Shown here one piece after another: positions 12,977-16,180 of a stretch of 16,180 nucleotides of DNA (the stretch's first letter is position 1; each line of letters starts with the position of its first letter). The position numbers and the translations under genes are program-made. The notes under the pieces are model-generated. The model saw nothing but the letters and a program-made list of their open reading frames with translations, was not told where the DNA came from and did not search any database. Source of the DNA: Tubiluchus corallicola (taxonomy: Eukaryota > Animalia > Priapulida); assembly GCA_030141605.1 (NCBI GenBank), contig JAQGDQ010002062.1, forward strand, positions 1 through 16,180, written 5' to 3'.

Positions 12977-13410
12977 ATGCTGATAAAATGATGATCTTGC
13001 TCACTATGAAGAATAATCTTCTGAAGAGAGACATTTTATAGTTTTTTACTGGGACAGATGTTTCATCCGCGTTTAGGTAGGTTTATATCGTCTCTTAATG
13101 GTCTAGGTGACCAATGTCCTGAATAATACGACAGATGCATCAAATGAATGGAACTCATAGAAGCGATTTTGCTGGCGACCGTCCTCCATTTGCTAACCAG
13201 GCGCAGTGTTGCTTACCAATGATCGCTAAGCAAACAATGTCACCACCCGGCTATATCCTCGCTTGTTCAGAAGTTCAGAAGTTGATTATTGTCAGACGGA
13301 AGCTATTGCTGTTTACAACACAAGGTGAAGACTTTGCAACTCACGGTGAGAGGTATGGAGCTCTCTTGTCCACCCCTCGTAGGAATTTCAAGAATGTTAC
13401 TCTCCCACGT

Positions 13411-13808
13411 GACTATGGCCAAATCACGTTGAAAACACCGGTTCTCGTCTGATAACCGAAGTTAAGCAACGTAGAACCTGGTTAGTGCTTGGATGGGTGA
13501 CCACCTTGGACGGGTGCAGCATGCTCTCTGACTCCGGCAGCTCCTGCAGCCAACCTGGTGCCAAACGTATCGCTCCGCTTTCCTTTGGACTACACCAGGG
13601 AGGAAGAGAGGGGGTTCCTGCGGTCTGGGCAACACAGGATCTCCATACACCTTGCTCAGGTGTGCGCCCTGGAAACGTTCAAGGACCGGACTGGTCAGCC
13701 AAAGTCGACGCTGCAGCTCCTTCAATGTGATCAATAATTGACTCTTTTGGCGCACAGTCCATTGTCTTCCGAGACAGAAAGATGCCAACAACAACCACAA
13801 CAACAACC

Positions 13809-13842
<34 letters not shown>

Positions 13843-13843
13843 C
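13411..13843 (+). mobile_element. 5S rRNA-derived SINE (SINE3-type): 5S head, ~270-bp unrelated body, (CAA)n tail
   Basis: 13411-13517 follows metazoan 5S rRNA (gactatggccaaatcacgttgaaaacaccggttctcgtctgataaccgaagttaagcaacg...ttggatgggtgaccacc), with box A near 13460-13474 and box C near 13490-13507. It lacks the 5S 3' end and T-run terminator. (CAA)n at 13786-13843. Imperfect flanking repeat actctccc (13399-13406 and 13842-13849). Confidence 0.85.
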
Positions 13844-14126
13844 TCTCCCGCGCACGTGACTTTCATGGTATTATCAAGGACGTTTGGAAAGATTCTTGAT
13901 TAAAATTATTTTACCCTGAAGGGCTTTTCAAAAATCACAGCGAGTCCAAAGTTGCTCACTTCAGTTAAGTAACCTGCAAATAAGGGTGTGTCAAAACTGG
14001 GACGCCAGAACAGTTCTTGTTACAAAATTGGGGCAAACTTTCTTTACGTAAATTGAAGCTTAATTCTCAGGTGTTTTTTTTTTACCAAGGTGGTTTGTAG
14101 CCACTGTTCGACAACTTCAGTGTAAA

Positions 14127-14520
14127 CAGGCCTAGACTATCTTTTGCGGCCCCTGGCTTAAGAAGATTATAATGCCCCCTCACACGGAGCCATCCTCTAG
14201 CTCGCCCACGCCCGTTTGAATATTTTTAACACGGGATGTATTTTAGCGGCAGTTACATAGCTTGCAGTCAACTTATAGCAAATTCTTTGAAATATCTAGA
14301 ATAACTGTCTTTTGTTTGTCTAATAAATTGGGTTTTTCGACTACCGGGCCTCCCTTTTTCAAGTTCAAATTTTGAGTTAGCAATGCAAAACATTAAAATA
14401 CTATACTAATTTTTCAAAAAAACATTTGAACATCTGCTAGCAAGAGCTCTCAAACTTTGTGCCCCCCCCCCAAGCTTGAGAGGCCCTGTAGGCAGCAGCC
14501 TAGACTAGCCTATAATCCTG
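14127..14520. mobile_element. Possible degenerate hAT-like MITE
   Basis: Begins caggcctagacta and ends gaggccctgtaggcagcagcctagactagcctataatcctg. GC-rich ggcccc-type ends around an AT-rich core. No clean TIR pair or TSD. Confidence 0.3.
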
Positions 14521-15226
14521 GTACAGATTATGCAAATTGGTACAGAACAAGGCATCATTGATAAATCTTTAGAGCTGATGTCAACATAGCACAATCTATT
14601 ACATTTCTTCCTACCATTTCCACTAACACATCCTTCTACGCTTCCTGTGTGATCTAACCTTTCTCCCAGTTCTTTTTGTTCACTCATCCATTCTTTTTTT
14701 ATCGGGTTCACATGACAGTGGGCTTGTACAAGCCTTTGCTTCTCTAGCCCACTGCAGTACAATTAATCGTTTATGATAACGATAGTGTATGAAACATAAC
14801 AATTTAATACAGTATGATGTAATAATTTTGATGTCACTGTGTGTTTAATGTCATAATATTGTACTGAATGCGATAATTAAAAAAATGAAAATACAAGACA
14901 ATCCAACATTGTACAGTATGTGTGCAGCGTTTGCTGTTTATTGTACGATATTGTACGTTCAATGAAGCTACAGTAAACACTGAAAATCACTAAACAAAGC
15001 GAGAACACTTAGAACAGATATTTTTCAGTGTGATTAGAACCTACTTTCACTTGCCTGCATTTCATAAAGTAAACTAATGAACAACCGACAACCTACTTCC
15101 GTTTATTGGTCTGCTCTTTTTCGCTATGTAGGTTGTTAAAGCGGTTATTTGTCTGGAAGCTTTCGTGTATGTCCGACATTGCCAATAATACTGCGCTAAT
15201 CTAGGTAAAACACCAAAATAGACATG

Positions 15227-15443
15227 ATTAAATCATTGTTTTTCAGTTTTTTGTGCATAGTTGTAAATATGTTTGATTTTATTCATCGTTACTTTCCATT
15301 ACTGCACAGTAGTTTAGATTGCTCTGACGCATTTGCCTTCAGCAGTGTAAGTTTTTATTAACTAACACTGATTGATCATCTCTGTAAAGTTTTTATCAGT
15401 GATTATCAATGTATTTTAATGGCAAATAAAGATTATATATATA
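15227..15443 (+). mobile_element. Short 3'-UTR copy of the L2/Crack-like LINE
   Basis: Aligns with ~8468-8687 and ends ggcaaataaagattatatatat. Confidence 0.9.
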
Positions 15444-16180
15444 TTGATAGATCTGCTGACAATTCATATATTTTTCCATGACCCTGAATTTAATAGCTAC
15501 CACTAGTCTATAATATTAATACATTAATAGCTGTAATTAGTCTATAATACCATATAGACTATTATTAATCGTTATCGAGATAGACTAGTTTATTACTGTC
15601 ATAATTTCTCTAAAATGACTCAAATGGACATCATGTTTTTACAGAATTTGACATCATATAATATGGAATATCGCTAATTATTATACGTATATAACTAATT
15701 TTGTCTTCACTCTTTCGTAAATACGTAAATTTTGAAAATAATTTGTGTTTCGAAGTTTTGTTGATTTCTAGTAATTTTAGGATTGTATTTCTTTCTTTTC
15801 ATAATATTAGTTGTAGATGGCGCTATTGCCAATATTCAGTTAGTCGCAGACGCTGTATATGATTGACTGGTATGCTGCCTCCGGTATGCAGTATACATTT
15901 CTTATGTACAATGTATGTTTACTTTCTACACATAGTTTTTAATTGGTGAATAAAGATTTTATATATCTGTCTACCTAAATATAGGCTAGCAAGTGTATAA
16001 AACATCTCTGTTTACAGTAAAAAAACGGTTTCTGTTGAATTAAAGTCTGTTTATGATAGTGGTTATAGCTGCTTGCTGGTAATTGTTGTTTATTGTGTTG
16101 GCGGTTGTGGCTCGTGAAGATTGCGTGTGGAACAGCCACGATGGGCATGGCGAACTATCAAGACTTTGTTTAGCAAATTA

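Noticed and set aside
13411-13517. Functional 5S rRNA gene
   Set aside because: Several substitutions, a deletion near the 3' end, no terminal stem or T-run terminator, and it continues into a SINE-like body and tail.
13135-13866. ORFs 13135..13452, 13462..13866 and 13485..13730
   Set aside because: No recognisable motifs; they overlap the SINE and its (CAA)n tail.
14505-14762. 85-aa Cys-containing minus-strand ORF
   Set aside because: Non-ATG start, no recognisable motif or convincing splice structure.
15820-15966. Possible further LINE 3' end (aataaagattttatatat)
   Set aside because: Only the tail resembles the family; upstream sequence does not align by eye.

Overview
AT-rich eukaryotic (animal) non-coding DNA, with no intact recognisable protein-coding gene. 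Nearly all listed ORFs are translated (CT/GA)n or (AAT/ATT)n microsatellites. The dominant structure is a giant inverted duplication: ~1-4840 is the reverse complement of ~6950-11799, around a ~2.1 kb spacer whose unique core (~5135-6400) is bracketed by a CT tract and a GA tract. The arms are near-identical except for a diverged island (~3425-4460 vs ~7330-8355) centred on a non-homologous block, a pattern suggesting arm-to-arm gene conversion. Each arm carries a hAT-type MITE, a CR1-like LINE 3' end, L2/Crack-like LINE 3' fragments and a candidate 50-codon signal-peptide ORF. The spacer holds a clean 411-bp hAT MITE with an 8-bp TSD. Right of the palindrome are more LINE 3' fragments and a ~430-bp 5S rRNA-derived SINE (SINE3-type) with a (CAA)n tail; its 5S head looks invertebrate, probably lophotrochozoan (from memory, not searched). 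All alignments were done by eye, so counts are approximate.
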